From NCBI GenBank assembly GCA_049325335.1, contig JBMOMC010000006.1:32001-96000 (forward strand): a stretch of DNA of 64,000 nucleotides, given 5' to 3'. Positions 20,147 through 28,925 of this stretch are shown piece after piece; position 1 is the stretch's first letter; each line of letters begins with the position of its first letter. This DNA is from Nitrospirota bacterium. Its GTDB lineage: Bacteria; Nitrospirota; Nitrospiria; 2-01-FULL-66-17. The notes below the pieces were generated by a model. The model saw nothing but the letters and a program-made list of their open reading frames with translations. It was not told the origin of the DNA and searched no databases. Position numbers and translations under genes: made by a program.

Positions 20147-21100
20147 ATGAGATCGCCTCGGATCGGCGTGGTGCTGAGTTCGGGTGGCACACGAGGCGTC
20201 TACGCGCACACCGGCTTTCTGATCGCGCTGGAACGCCTGGGTGTTCCAATTGCTGCTGCCACGGGATCAAGCGCCGGGGCGGTCGTTGGCGCCATGGCCG
20301 CAAGCGGGACCGATATGATGGCGTGGTCGGAGACCATCGCCCATATCGCCCCCGCGCGATTTTGGCGACCAGACCCGCTGCTGTATGTGCTGTGGCAGTT
20401 CCTGGTCCGTCGCGGGCGAGGCTATACCGGATTATCCGGTACTGACGCGGCGATTGAGTTCTGCCGCGGCCAGTTGGCGGTTCAGACGTTTGAAGAATGC
20501 CGGTACCCGTTTTACGCCTTGGCCGTCAGTCTCGGTCGAGGACGCAAGGTCGTCTTTTCGCAGGGACAACTGGCGCCGCGTATCGTGGCCAGCGCCGCCG
20601 CGCCGGTTCTGTACCGTCCGGTCGAGATCGAGGGGGATTGGTACTGCGATGGCGCCCTCGCTGATCTGGCTCCAACGGACGCCATCTGCTGTAAACACAA
20701 CCTGGACGCACTGATCGTACATCACGTCTCAAGTCGCTATGAGGGGCAGAAGGATCTCAAGCGTATCAGCGAAGGCCCATGGTCCATGTTTCGTATACTG
20801 GAACGGCTGCTGTTCCGCCGGCGGCCATGGTATCTGTCCGATGAGCGGCTGGGCTTTCGGCGATGTCCGTGCGGTTGCGGAGCCGTCGTGGTTGTGGTGG
20901 AACCGCAATTGCCTGAACTTCAGTGGACCCCTGATAAGAGCGGTCCCCGGATCCAAAAGACGGCCATGGAACAAACCCAAGCATTCTTGGCACCTCATGT
21001 GGATGCCCTATTGAGCGATCCGAAAAATCGTTTGCCGCCGGGGCACACCGATCGTCCTGACCACACTCTGACGGAGGAGACCTTTCGACCACCCGATTGA
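20147..21100 (+). CDS. Patatin-like phospholipase
   Basis: VLSSGGTRG, GSSAG nucleophile elbow, DGA catalytic Asp. Confidence 0.88.
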   Translation: MRSPRIGVVLSSGGTRGVYAHTGFLIALERLGVPIAAATGSSAGAVVGAMAASGTDMMAWSETIAHIAPARFWRPDPLLYVLWQFLVRRGRGYTGLSGTDAAIEFCRGQLAVQTFEECRYPFYALAVSLGRGRKVVFSQGQLAPRIVASAAAPVLYRPVEIEGDWYCDGALADLAPTDAICCKHNLDALIVHHVSSRYEGQKDLKRISEGPWSMFRILERLLFRRRPWYLSDERLGFRRCPCGCGAVVVVVEPQLPELQWTPDKSGPRIQKTAMEQTQAFLAPHVDALLSDPKNRLPPGHTDRPDHTLTEETFRPPD

Positions 21101-21149
21101 TCACTTGTCTGAGACCTTCCTGACGGCGGACGGGGGGAGTACCGCCGTG

Positions 21150-22739
21150 TTAGGGTGAGTGGTGCGATGTCTGTGCGGGCAGGTACTGCAGGCTCCTCTT
21201 GAGCGATGCGAGTACCGGCGTCCGCGAGACATCTTCCTCGGCGCAGGCGCCCAGGAGCCGTTCGATGGCTGATCGCAGATCCGCGACAGCGTCGTCCGGC
21301 GTCCCAGCCGCCTGCGCCAACATCCGGTAAGTCCGGCGGGCCTGCTCCAAGAGCGTCTTGGCCCGCCGGAGGCGCTCTCCTTTGGCCATCGTGGCCAGTG
21401 CGGCGAAGAGCGCGCGTCGCAGGGCGTCCCGGTTCGGCAAGGCCCGATACACTTGCCTGGCCTCGCCCAGATCCGCGAAGCCGCCCCAGGTGAGGATCTG
21501 GGGCCGATAGCCGGTGCGTGGCCGCTCCGCCGCGACGCTGGATCCCCGAAACCCGCCGTAACGGGATTCGAAGAGTGCCAGCGCCGCGACCCGCTTTGCC
21601 CCTGCAGGTTCGACGCCCACCGGTCGCATCCCGGTCCGAAACGTCTTCACGAAGATCTCCACGACGGGATCGGATTTCCTCTCCCGCCGTCGTTTCACGG
21701 CTCGCTTCAAGAAACTGAAGAGCCGCGACGCGTAGAAGTCTTCCATGAAGCGATCGAGCCGGCCGAATCGAGCCGTCGCGTCGTCCGCTGCGAGTCCCGC
21801 AAAGGCAAGTGCCTGGGCCTTGTAGCTCGGATGATTCATCCGGCCGTAGGCTACGGCCGCCACCTCCGCAACGACTTCCGCCGGCACGGTCGTCGGAGCC
21901 TGTTTGTTCCGAACGAACGCCGCTGAGGCCCGGCACACGTCCAGGTGCAGCCGGTAGAACCGGGCCCGCTCGGTTCGCGCCAGATCCCGCAGTGGCGCTT
22001 GGTCCAGGTGCCAAGCCTGCGCGATGTAGGGGAGCTTCCGATTGAGCTGGGCTTCAAACACCCCTTGTTCGGGGTGAAAGAAGCTCGACTCTTTCATCAG
22101 CACCCGCAGCACGCGCCGCCGCTGGTCCCGGAAGAGCCGCACCGGCCGCAGATCAGAGGGCAGGATGCCCGAGCCCATGACGCGCTGAGGATCGCCGTCC
22201 GGATCCTGTGTGAAGAACAGAAAATCGTCTTCAGACAGGCCCGATAGCCACCGGCTGACTTCCTCTTGCGTCGAAGAGTCGGTCTCCATCCACCGATCGC
22301 CGACCAGGCTCCACAACAGCGCCAGCGCCGACACCGGCCGATCAGGATCCACGAGCGCCGAGGCCGCCGCCCTCCGGTACAGCGGATTGCGGCGCCGCGC
22401 GAAGAACGCGGACACGAGCTGACGGTGTGCCGTCATGAAGCGCTCGGCCCGCTCTTCCGCTTCCTCAGCCAGTTCCTCCACGTGGAAGCCTTCGCGGAGT
22501 GCGGCGAACCCGGTGGCGTCGTCCCGGTCGACGAGCCGCTCGTCCGGGCCTTCGAACACTTCCCAGACGAACTGGCCCCTCGCGGCATCCGGGGCGCGAT
22601 GGGACAGGACCTGAACCGATGGTTCAGGTGATAGGAACGCCCGTTCATAGACACCGGATGCGTTCCCCACGGAATCTTCTCCGGCCTCCAGGCTGTATCC
22701 GTCTGGAGACCCCAGGCATGAGCGATGGTCTTCGTCCAT
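21150..22739 (-). CDS. Hypothetical protein (~529 aa)
   Basis: Long ORF with strong RBS (AAAGGAG) before ATG 22739; fills the gap between patatin and fadL; no family recognised. Confidence 0.65.
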   Translation of the reverse strand: MDEDHRSCLGSPDGYSLEAGEDSVGNASGVYERAFLSPEPSVQVLSHRAPDAARGQFVWEVFEGPDERLVDRDDATGFAALREGFHVEELAEEAEERAERFMTAHRQLVSAFFARRRNPLYRRAAASALVDPDRPVSALALLWSLVGDRWMETDSSTQEEVSRWLSGLSEDDFLFFTQDPDGDPQRVMGSGILPSDLRPVRLFRDQRRRVLRVLMKESSFFHPEQGVFEAQLNRKLPYIAQAWHLDQAPLRDLARTERARFYRLHLDVCRASAAFVRNKQAPTTVPAEVVAEVAAVAYGRMNHPSYKAQALAFAGLAADDATARFGRLDRFMEDFYASRLFSFLKRAVKRRRERKSDPVVEIFVKTFRTGMRPVGVEPAGAKRVAALALFESRYGGFRGSSVAAERPRTGYRPQILTWGGFADLGEARQVYRALPNRDALRRALFAALATMAKGERLRRAKTLLEQARRTYRMLAQAAGTPDDAVADLRSAIERLLGACAEEDVSRTPVLASLKRSLQYLPAQTSHHSP

Positions 22740-22995
22740 GAGCTGTTCTCCTTTCCCCCCGTCCTCCCGCGGGCCGACAGCTCGGCCAGCGAGAGGGCGA
22801 GGAGAACAGGAGAGGAGAAACGGTTTCCCCGTCCGCCAACAGCAAGGTCTCACGATTCAGTTGTCAAAGAACGGGTGCTGCTACGGGCTGAGCATACAGG
22901 CTGCCGCAACGAGCGAGCACGGGCTGGGCCGCCACTCAGCGCTTTGTTTTGGCAGGTTGAACGCAAGAACAAGGGATGGATTAGGAGGGCAAACG

Positions 22996-23037
22996 CTGTC
23001 CACATCCCGGACAGTGATTGCGACATTCTGTGTCCGG
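22996..23037. promoter_or_regulatory. Candidate enhancer/operator sites (TGTCC/GGACA inverted repeats)
   Basis: CTGTCC-N7-GGACAG (22996-23014) and CCGGACA-N17-TGTCCGG (23007-23037), 60-100 bp upstream of the -24 element. Confidence 0.5.
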
Positions 23038-23095
23038 TGATTCCAGTTCGTCATGTTCGCCGCGATTTTCAGGTCCTGGACGCGTCGCCCTTGGA

Positions 23096-23111
23096 GGGCA
23101 CCGACCTTGCA
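23096..23111 (+). promoter_or_regulatory. Putative sigma54 -24/-12 promoter of the fadL operon
   Basis: GGGCACCGACCTTGCA: GG-N10-GC, close to TGGCACRNNNNTTGCW; ends 45 bp before ATG 23157. Confidence 0.6.
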
Positions 23112-23156
23112 CAGAAGACTCCTCACAAGGATCGTCCTCGGGCGGGGAGGTCAACC

Positions 23157-24398
23157 ATGGGAGCGGTATGCTGGCTTCTGACAGTGGTCTTTGCGGTAGC
23201 AGTATTGTTTAGCAATCCACAGGAGGTCGAGGCGTCTGGCTTTTCGGTTTACGACTTTGGAGCGGCTGAGCAAGCCAAGGGGAATGCCGTGGTGGCCCAG
23301 GTCGATGCCCCTTCGGCCGTGTTCTATAACCCGGCAGGGCTGGCCGGGCTCGAAGGGACCGATCTCCAGGTGGGAACCACGGCCGTCTTCCCCAAGAGCA
23401 GCTTCCACAGCAACGTCACGGGCCTGGACACGGACGGCGATGCCGGTGCCGCGTTCCCTTCCTATCTCTTCGTGTCACAGCGACTGGGCGGCTCTTGGGG
23501 CATGGGGCTCGGTCTCTTTGCGGCCTCGGGGAACAAGGTGGACTACCCCGAGGACTGGGAGGGCCGTTTCGTCGTGACCTCCGCAGAATTGCGCCAGGTG
23601 CATCTGGCGCCCTCGATAGCGTACCGTGTCACGCCGAACGTGTCGGTTGGAGCCGGCGTGGTGGTCACGCGAGCCGACTTTCAGCAATCCAGTCAACTCG
23701 ACTTCTCGACATTCAGCCTTCCCGAAGGCAGCGCGGACCTGGAGGGCGACGGCTATGGACTCAGCGCGAACGCCGGTCTGCAGGCCCGGTTCGGTGCGAC
23801 CGCGGTCGGCGCGGTCTATAAGAGCGCATCCAGTATTTCGTTCGACGGGACCGCCAGCTTTCAGGTACCGGTACCCGCGGCCGCGTTCTTTCCCAACGGC
23901 GGGATGGAAACTTCGCTCAAGTTTCCGCAGATGGTCATCGTGGGAGTAGCGAACCGGGCGATTCCGCGGCTGACCCTTGAGGGCGACGTGCAGTGGAGCA
24001 ACTGGAACACGTTGGACAGCCAGGCCATCCGCTTCGACAACAACACGCTCGCGCTCCAGGACACCAGCGTGGCACTTGACTGGCAGGACACCTGGACATT
24101 CCGTATCGGCGGCCAGTACGACGTGAGCGATGCCGTGGCCATCCGGGCCGGATACACCTACGATCCCAGCGCCGTGCCGGATGCGACGCTGAGCCCCGTG
24201 TTTCCAGAGCCGGATAAGCACGAGGTGAATATGGGCCTGGGCATCACGCGAGGATCGTGGACCATCGACCTCCTGTACGGGGTCCTCATCACCGAGAGCC
24301 GCCAAGCGAACAACTCGCTGACCGGCCTTCCGAATCACAACGGGACCTACGACAGCTCCGCGCAGGCCGTCGGACTCTCGGTGCGCGGCCGGTTCTGA
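23157..24398 (+). CDS. FadL/OmpP1-family outer membrane transporter
   Basis: Signal peptide then SGFSVYD...GNAVVA...SAVFYNPAGLAGL hatch motif; IRAGYTYDPSAVPD; C-terminal F; RBS GGAGG. Confidence 0.88.
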   Translation: MGAVCWLLTVVFAVAVLFSNPQEVEASGFSVYDFGAAEQAKGNAVVAQVDAPSAVFYNPAGLAGLEGTDLQVGTTAVFPKSSFHSNVTGLDTDGDAGAAFPSYLFVSQRLGGSWGMGLGLFAASGNKVDYPEDWEGRFVVTSAELRQVHLAPSIAYRVTPNVSVGAGVVVTRADFQQSSQLDFSTFSLPEGSADLEGDGYGLSANAGLQARFGATAVGAVYKSASSISFDGTASFQVPVPAAAFFPNGGMETSLKFPQMVIVGVANRAIPRLTLEGDVQWSNWNTLDSQAIRFDNNTLALQDTSVALDWQDTWTFRIGGQYDVSDAVAIRAGYTYDPSAVPDATLSPVFPEPDKHEVNMGLGITRGSWTIDLLYGVLITESRQANNSLTGLPNHNGTYDSSAQAVGLSVRGRF

Positions 24399-24542
24399 CT
24401 TGTGGAAGTCCGCGGGCTTGTGCTAGATTCGCGGCACGTCGGCGTCCGCGGAGACTTCTCGTGCCTCATCCCTGACGCTCCCCCAGCCGACCTCGGACCG
24501 GAACGCCGATCTCATGAACGCCTGGCTGAAGAAGGACGGGTC

Positions 24543-25598
24543 ATGCGCGTTGGAATGATCCCCGAAAATCCCTTGGAGTGGGTGGCGGCGCGAGCCAACG
24601 CGCTGCCGTTTCCCGTAGCCGATACGTTCGTGGCCATCATCCAGGCCCGGGCGATCATGGCCGCGACCCGGCTCGGCGTGTTCGGCGCGCTGGCGAAGAC
24701 GCCGGCCTCGGCCGCGGAACTGGCGGCCAGGCTGTCGTGCACGGAAAAGGGGATCCAGATCCTGCTGAACACGCTCGTCGGGTGCGGATACGCAGTGGAG
24801 ACCGCCGGGCGCTACGACCTCGCGCCGCGCGCGCGCAAGTGGGTCACGCCGGATGACCCGCGGTCCATGAACCACTTCATCGACTTTCAGTACGATCACT
24901 GGGAGTGGTGGACCCGCCTTGAAGACGCCATTCGCACCGGGGCGACATTGGACCTGCACGCGGGCATGCTCGATCCGGCCGGGTGGCGCCGCTACATCTA
25001 CGGGCTGCACGATCTGTCCAAAATGGCGGCCAAGGAGCTCGTGCTGCGATTCCGGTTGAAGCCAAACCAGACGCGCCTGCTCGACATCGGGGGCGGCCAC
25101 GGAGCGTACGTCGCGGCGTATTGTCGCCGATACCCCAATCTGCAAACCGTCATCTTTGATCTGCCGCCGTCCCTCGATGTGGCGCGCGAGATCGTCGGAA
25201 CCCTGTATCGTGACGTGGCGGATCGGATCGCCTTTCGCCCGGGCGACCTGGTCAAAGACGACTTTGGCTCCGGCTATGACGTGATCTTTCTGTTCAACGT
25301 CCTGCACCACTTCGACGACGCGGCGATCCGCCAGACGTTCCAGAAAGTCGCCAATGCGTTGAATCCCGGCGGGACGTTCGTGATCCTCGATCAGTTCAAG
25401 CGCGACAAGGCCGCGGGCCCGGAATCCTACGCCGCGGTCCTGACGCAGCTCCTGTTCCTGGTCACCAGCAACGCGGGAAGCCTGGATCTGGGCAACGTCC
25501 GTACGTGGCTGGGGGAGTCAGGTTTTTCGACCGTGCAGTCGAAAAACCTTCGTGTCGGTCCCGGAACCTCGTACGTCACGGCGATCAAACGCTCGTGA
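24543..25598 (+). CDS. SAM-dependent O-methyltransferase with dimerisation domain
   Basis: AATRLGVFGALA wHTH dimerisation region; LLDIGGGHG; FDLP; GYDVIFLFNVLHHF. Confidence 0.85.
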   Translation: MRVGMIPENPLEWVAARANALPFPVADTFVAIIQARAIMAATRLGVFGALAKTPASAAELAARLSCTEKGIQILLNTLVGCGYAVETAGRYDLAPRARKWVTPDDPRSMNHFIDFQYDHWEWWTRLEDAIRTGATLDLHAGMLDPAGWRRYIYGLHDLSKMAAKELVLRFRLKPNQTRLLDIGGGHGAYVAAYCRRYPNLQTVIFDLPPSLDVAREIVGTLYRDVADRIAFRPGDLVKDDFGSGYDVIFLFNVLHHFDDAAIRQTFQKVANALNPGGTFVILDQFKRDKAAGPESYAAVLTQLLFLVTSNAGSLDLGNVRTWLGESGFSTVQSKNLRVGPGTSYVTAIKRS

Positions 25599-25616
25599 AA
25601 CCCGTGAGGTCGCTCC

Positions 25617-28600
25617 ATGACGATCGTGCCCAAGGGCATCCTGATCGTCGGCATCGCCATCGCGACGGCGGCGATCGGCATCTTGGTCCTCAAAGAGCGC
25701 CGCGCCGCTGCCAATGTGGCGGGCTTCTTCTTATGCCTGGCGGCCGCCTTTCAGGCCTTGTTCCTCTTCGGCCGCGAGTGGCTGCTCGACCGGAACCAAG
25801 TCCCGCTTCCGTGGAATAACTTCGCCGACGCCAGCGGCGCGCTATTTTCGTTTGCCGCGGTGTCGTTCGCGCTGGCGTTTCCCAAGCCCATCCCTCATTT
25901 CCGCCTGGCGGTCATCCCGCTCGCCGTGGTCTCGGCGCCCATTGCCGGAATCGCGCTGGCCGGCGGCAATTTCGCCGAGCACGCCGTCGTCGATGGCGTC
26001 CACGTCTTCACCACGACCACGTTCTATCAGGTCTATGTCGCCTACGCCTTGCTCTCCATGGTGGCGACGTTCGGCATCCTGGTGGCCAAGTACCGCCAAG
26101 CCGGGACTGCGAGCGCGAACGAGACCGCCCGGAAAGCGGTCGGGACGGTCCTGATCGGCTTCTCTGGCGCGATCGCGGTCGGGCTCATTTTCGCATTCAT
26201 CCTGCCCCTGCTCTTCCATGAGGTCCGGTACTTCTATCTGCAAACGCTCGGGTTTCTGATCGCCACCATCGTCGTCTTCTATTCCGTGGTTCGGTTCCGG
26301 GCGTTCGACGTCCAGACCGTGGTCCACAAGACCCTGAGCTGGCTTGCCCTGTCCTCGGTGCCACTTGCGGTCGCCTTCTGGGTGGGGTCGTGGCTCAAGC
26401 CGCGCATGGCGGAGGCATCGGCGTCGGAGTGGGGGCTGGCCATCGGGGGAATCGGATTTCTTTGCGGCCTGTACCTGTACGTCGCGCAACCTTATATCGA
26501 CCAGCTCTTCGACCGGAGAAAGCATAACCTCCGGCGGACCCTGGAGGAGATGATCACGGATCTGGCTGTCCTCCAGGAACTCCGTCCCATGGCGGAGGGC
26601 ATTCTCGCGCGCGTCTGCCGCGTACTTCCGGTCGAGGGCGCCAGCGCGCTGGTCCTTGCCGATTCCCGCGATCGGCTAGTGGTCGTGGCCTCGCAGGGTC
26701 ATGGCGCGACCGACTCGATCGGGGTTGGTGCCGCCGTCCTGAAACGGCTCGAAACCGGAGACGTGTTGGCGTTCGATCGTGCCGGTGACGATTCGGCGCG
26801 GCAGTGGCTCGAGACATCGAACTTCGCGCTCTGCTTCCCCCTGGTCCAGCAGGGGCAAGTCGTCGGAGCGATCGCACTCGGAAAGAAACGGAACCTCCGC
26901 CGGTTTGCCCCGCGGGAGATCGCGTTTCTCTCGCGAGTGGCTGCCACCGCGACGATCGCGTTTTCCAATTCGCTGCTCCTGGAACGAGTCCGTGAGCTCG
27001 ACCGTCTCAAGACGGAATTTCTCTCGGAGATCGCCCACGAGTTGCGCGGGCCGCTCTTCGGCATTTCGAGCATTGCGGACGGGCTCACGGCGGACGACGA
27101 TCACGCGCTCACCGAAGACCACCGCCGGTTGATCGATGTGATTCGCGTGACGGCGGTGGAGATGAAGGAGCTGGTAGAGCATCTCTTTGATTTGAACAAG
27201 ATCGAAATGGGCATCATGAGATTCGATGTCCAGCCAGTGGACGTCCCCACCGTAGTGCGTCTGGCGGCCGATTTGGCGCGGGATTCGGCTCGGGCGAAGG
27301 GCCTCAGTCTCGAGGTGGCGTTAGACGATGATCTCCCGCTCGTCGAGGGAGACCGGACGCGGATCAGGCAATGCGTCACCAACCTGCTCTCGAACGCGAT
27401 CAAGTACACGGACAAGGGCACGATCCGCCTGTCCTGCGGGCTTGAGGGAACCGGCGTGCGGGTGGCTGTCGCGGACACCGGACCGGGGATGGCGCCGGAA
27501 GAAGTGAAGACGGCGTTCGATCGCTACCGCCGCGGCCGAGAGGTGGGGGCCATCGAGGGGACCGGCCTGGGGTTGGCGCTCACCAAGGAGATCATCGAGG
27601 CCCACGGAGGCAGTGTGGCGGTTGACAGTGCGCCGGGGAAGGGAAGCACGTTCTTCTTTGATCTTCCGATCCAACAGGCGACGCCCCAGCGCATGACGGA
27701 TGGGGCGCACCGGTGGCCGGGCCGGCCGTTGCTCAGAACCCACGCATCTCTGGGGACAGGGCTCCAAGGCGGCTCGTCGTGGACCATGCCGGAGTCCCTG
27801 CATGGCCGTGGCGAAACTGTTCTTGTAGCTGATGATTCTGAGACGGATCGCGAGGCGCTCCGAGCGTCGCTGGTGGGCAAGGGCTACACGGTCCTGGCCG
27901 CGAAAGACGGCATGGAAGCGCTGGATCTGGTGCGCACCCACAAGCCTGGTCTGGTCGTGACCGACTTGATGATGCCCCGGCTGTCGGGCGCCGAGCTCTG
28001 CCGGCTGCTGAAAGAGGATCCCGACACGGCGTCCATCCCCGTGATCCTGGTAACGGCCCGGAATAGCCTGGGCGACATGGTGTTCGGGATCGAGATGGGG
28101 GCCGATGACTACGTGGCCAAGCCGTATGACGCGCACGAACTGGCCGTGCGGATCTCCGCGCTGCTGCGTATGCGGCGGATCAGGGAGGACCTTGAATCAG
28201 CCCAGGCCCGTCTAGTGGAGATGGAACTGATCGCCACCTCGGCGGGGACCTTGGCGCACGCAGTCAAGAATCCCGTGGTGATCATCAGAAACTACGTGAA
28301 GTGGCTGCGGGACGCAATCGAGCGCTCGGACAGACGAGAAACTGGTGACGCGCTGGCACGGATCGACGCGGCGGCCGCGGCCATTGCGCGGATCATCGAT
28401 GGCCTCAAGCGGGCCCACCTGGATCGGCCGCGGAAGACTTGGGTCCACCTGCCGGAACTCCTGGATGGCACGCTTCGCGAAATGGCGGAGACAGCGGCCG
28501 GGGCGGGCGTCCATGTGGTCCGGGACTACGAGGAGGGGCTGCCTGCGGTGGAGGCGGACGCGGCGCAGCTCGCGATGGCGTTCACCAATCTGCTGACCAA

Positions 28601-28925
28601 CGCGATCGAGGCAATGCCTCATGGGGGGACCCTGACGCTGCGAACGTTTGCGGGATCTGATGGTATCCAGACCGAGATTGAGGATTCCGGGCCCGGGATT
28701 CGAGAGGAGTTACAGGAGCACCTGTTCAAGCCGTTCATCACAACCAAGATCGGCGGTACCGGACTTGGGCTTTGGACCACGAGGCGGATCATCGAGTCGC
28801 ATCACGCAGGACGCCTGACGATCGACTCGGTCCCGGGCAAAGGCACCGTGGTCCGGGTGTGGATGCCGACGCGAAGCCCGGCGAGCACCGCTCTGCGAGA
28901 GGTGGTGAGTCATGGAACGAGCTGA
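25617..28925 (+). CDS. Hybrid sensor kinase: multi-TM sensor, GAF-like, HK, REC, second HK
   Basis: About 9 hydrophobic segments; H-box IAHELRGPL with N/G boxes; receiver VVTDLMMP; second H-box LAHAVKNP with N/G boxes. Confidence 0.9.
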   Translation: MTIVPKGILIVGIAIATAAIGILVLKERRAAANVAGFFLCLAAAFQALFLFGREWLLDRNQVPLPWNNFADASGALFSFAAVSFALAFPKPIPHFRLAVIPLAVVSAPIAGIALAGGNFAEHAVVDGVHVFTTTTFYQVYVAYALLSMVATFGILVAKYRQAGTASANETARKAVGTVLIGFSGAIAVGLIFAFILPLLFHEVRYFYLQTLGFLIATIVVFYSVVRFRAFDVQTVVHKTLSWLALSSVPLAVAFWVGSWLKPRMAEASASEWGLAIGGIGFLCGLYLYVAQPYIDQLFDRRKHNLRRTLEEMITDLAVLQELRPMAEGILARVCRVLPVEGASALVLADSRDRLVVVASQGHGATDSIGVGAAVLKRLETGDVLAFDRAGDDSARQWLETSNFALCFPLVQQGQVVGAIALGKKRNLRRFAPREIAFLSRVAATATIAFSNSLLLERVRELDRLKTEFLSEIAHELRGPLFGISSIADGLTADDDHALTEDHRRLIDVIRVTAVEMKELVEHLFDLNKIEMGIMRFDVQPVDVPTVVRLAADLARDSARAKGLSLEVALDDDLPLVEGDRTRIRQCVTNLLSNAIKYTDKGTIRLSCGLEGTGVRVAVADTGPGMAPEEVKTAFDRYRRGREVGAIEGTGLGLALTKEIIEAHGGSVAVDSAPGKGSTFFFDLPIQQATPQRMTDGAHRWPGRPLLRTHASLGTGLQGGSSWTMPESLHGRGETVLVADDSETDREALRASLVGKGYTVLAAKDGMEALDLVRTHKPGLVVTDLMMPRLSGAELCRLLKEDPDTASIPVILVTARNSLGDMVFGIEMGADDYVAKPYDAHELAVRISALLRMRRIREDLESAQARLVEMELIATSAGTLAHAVKNPVVIIRNYVKWLRDAIERSDRRETGDALARIDAAAAAIARIIDGLKRAHLDRPRKTWVHLPELLDGTLREMAETAAGAGVHVVRDYEEGLPAVEADAAQLAMAFTNLLTNAIEAMPHGGTLTLRTFAGSDGIQTEIEDSGPGIREELQEHLFKPFITTKIGGTGLGLWTTRRIIESHHAGRLTIDSVPGKGTVVRVWMPTRSPASTALREVVSHGTS

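Noticed and set aside
22950..22965. Second GG-N10-GC match TGGCAGGTTGAACGCA
   Set aside because: The -12 element is poor and it lies upstream of the candidate enhancer sites; the 23096 match is better.
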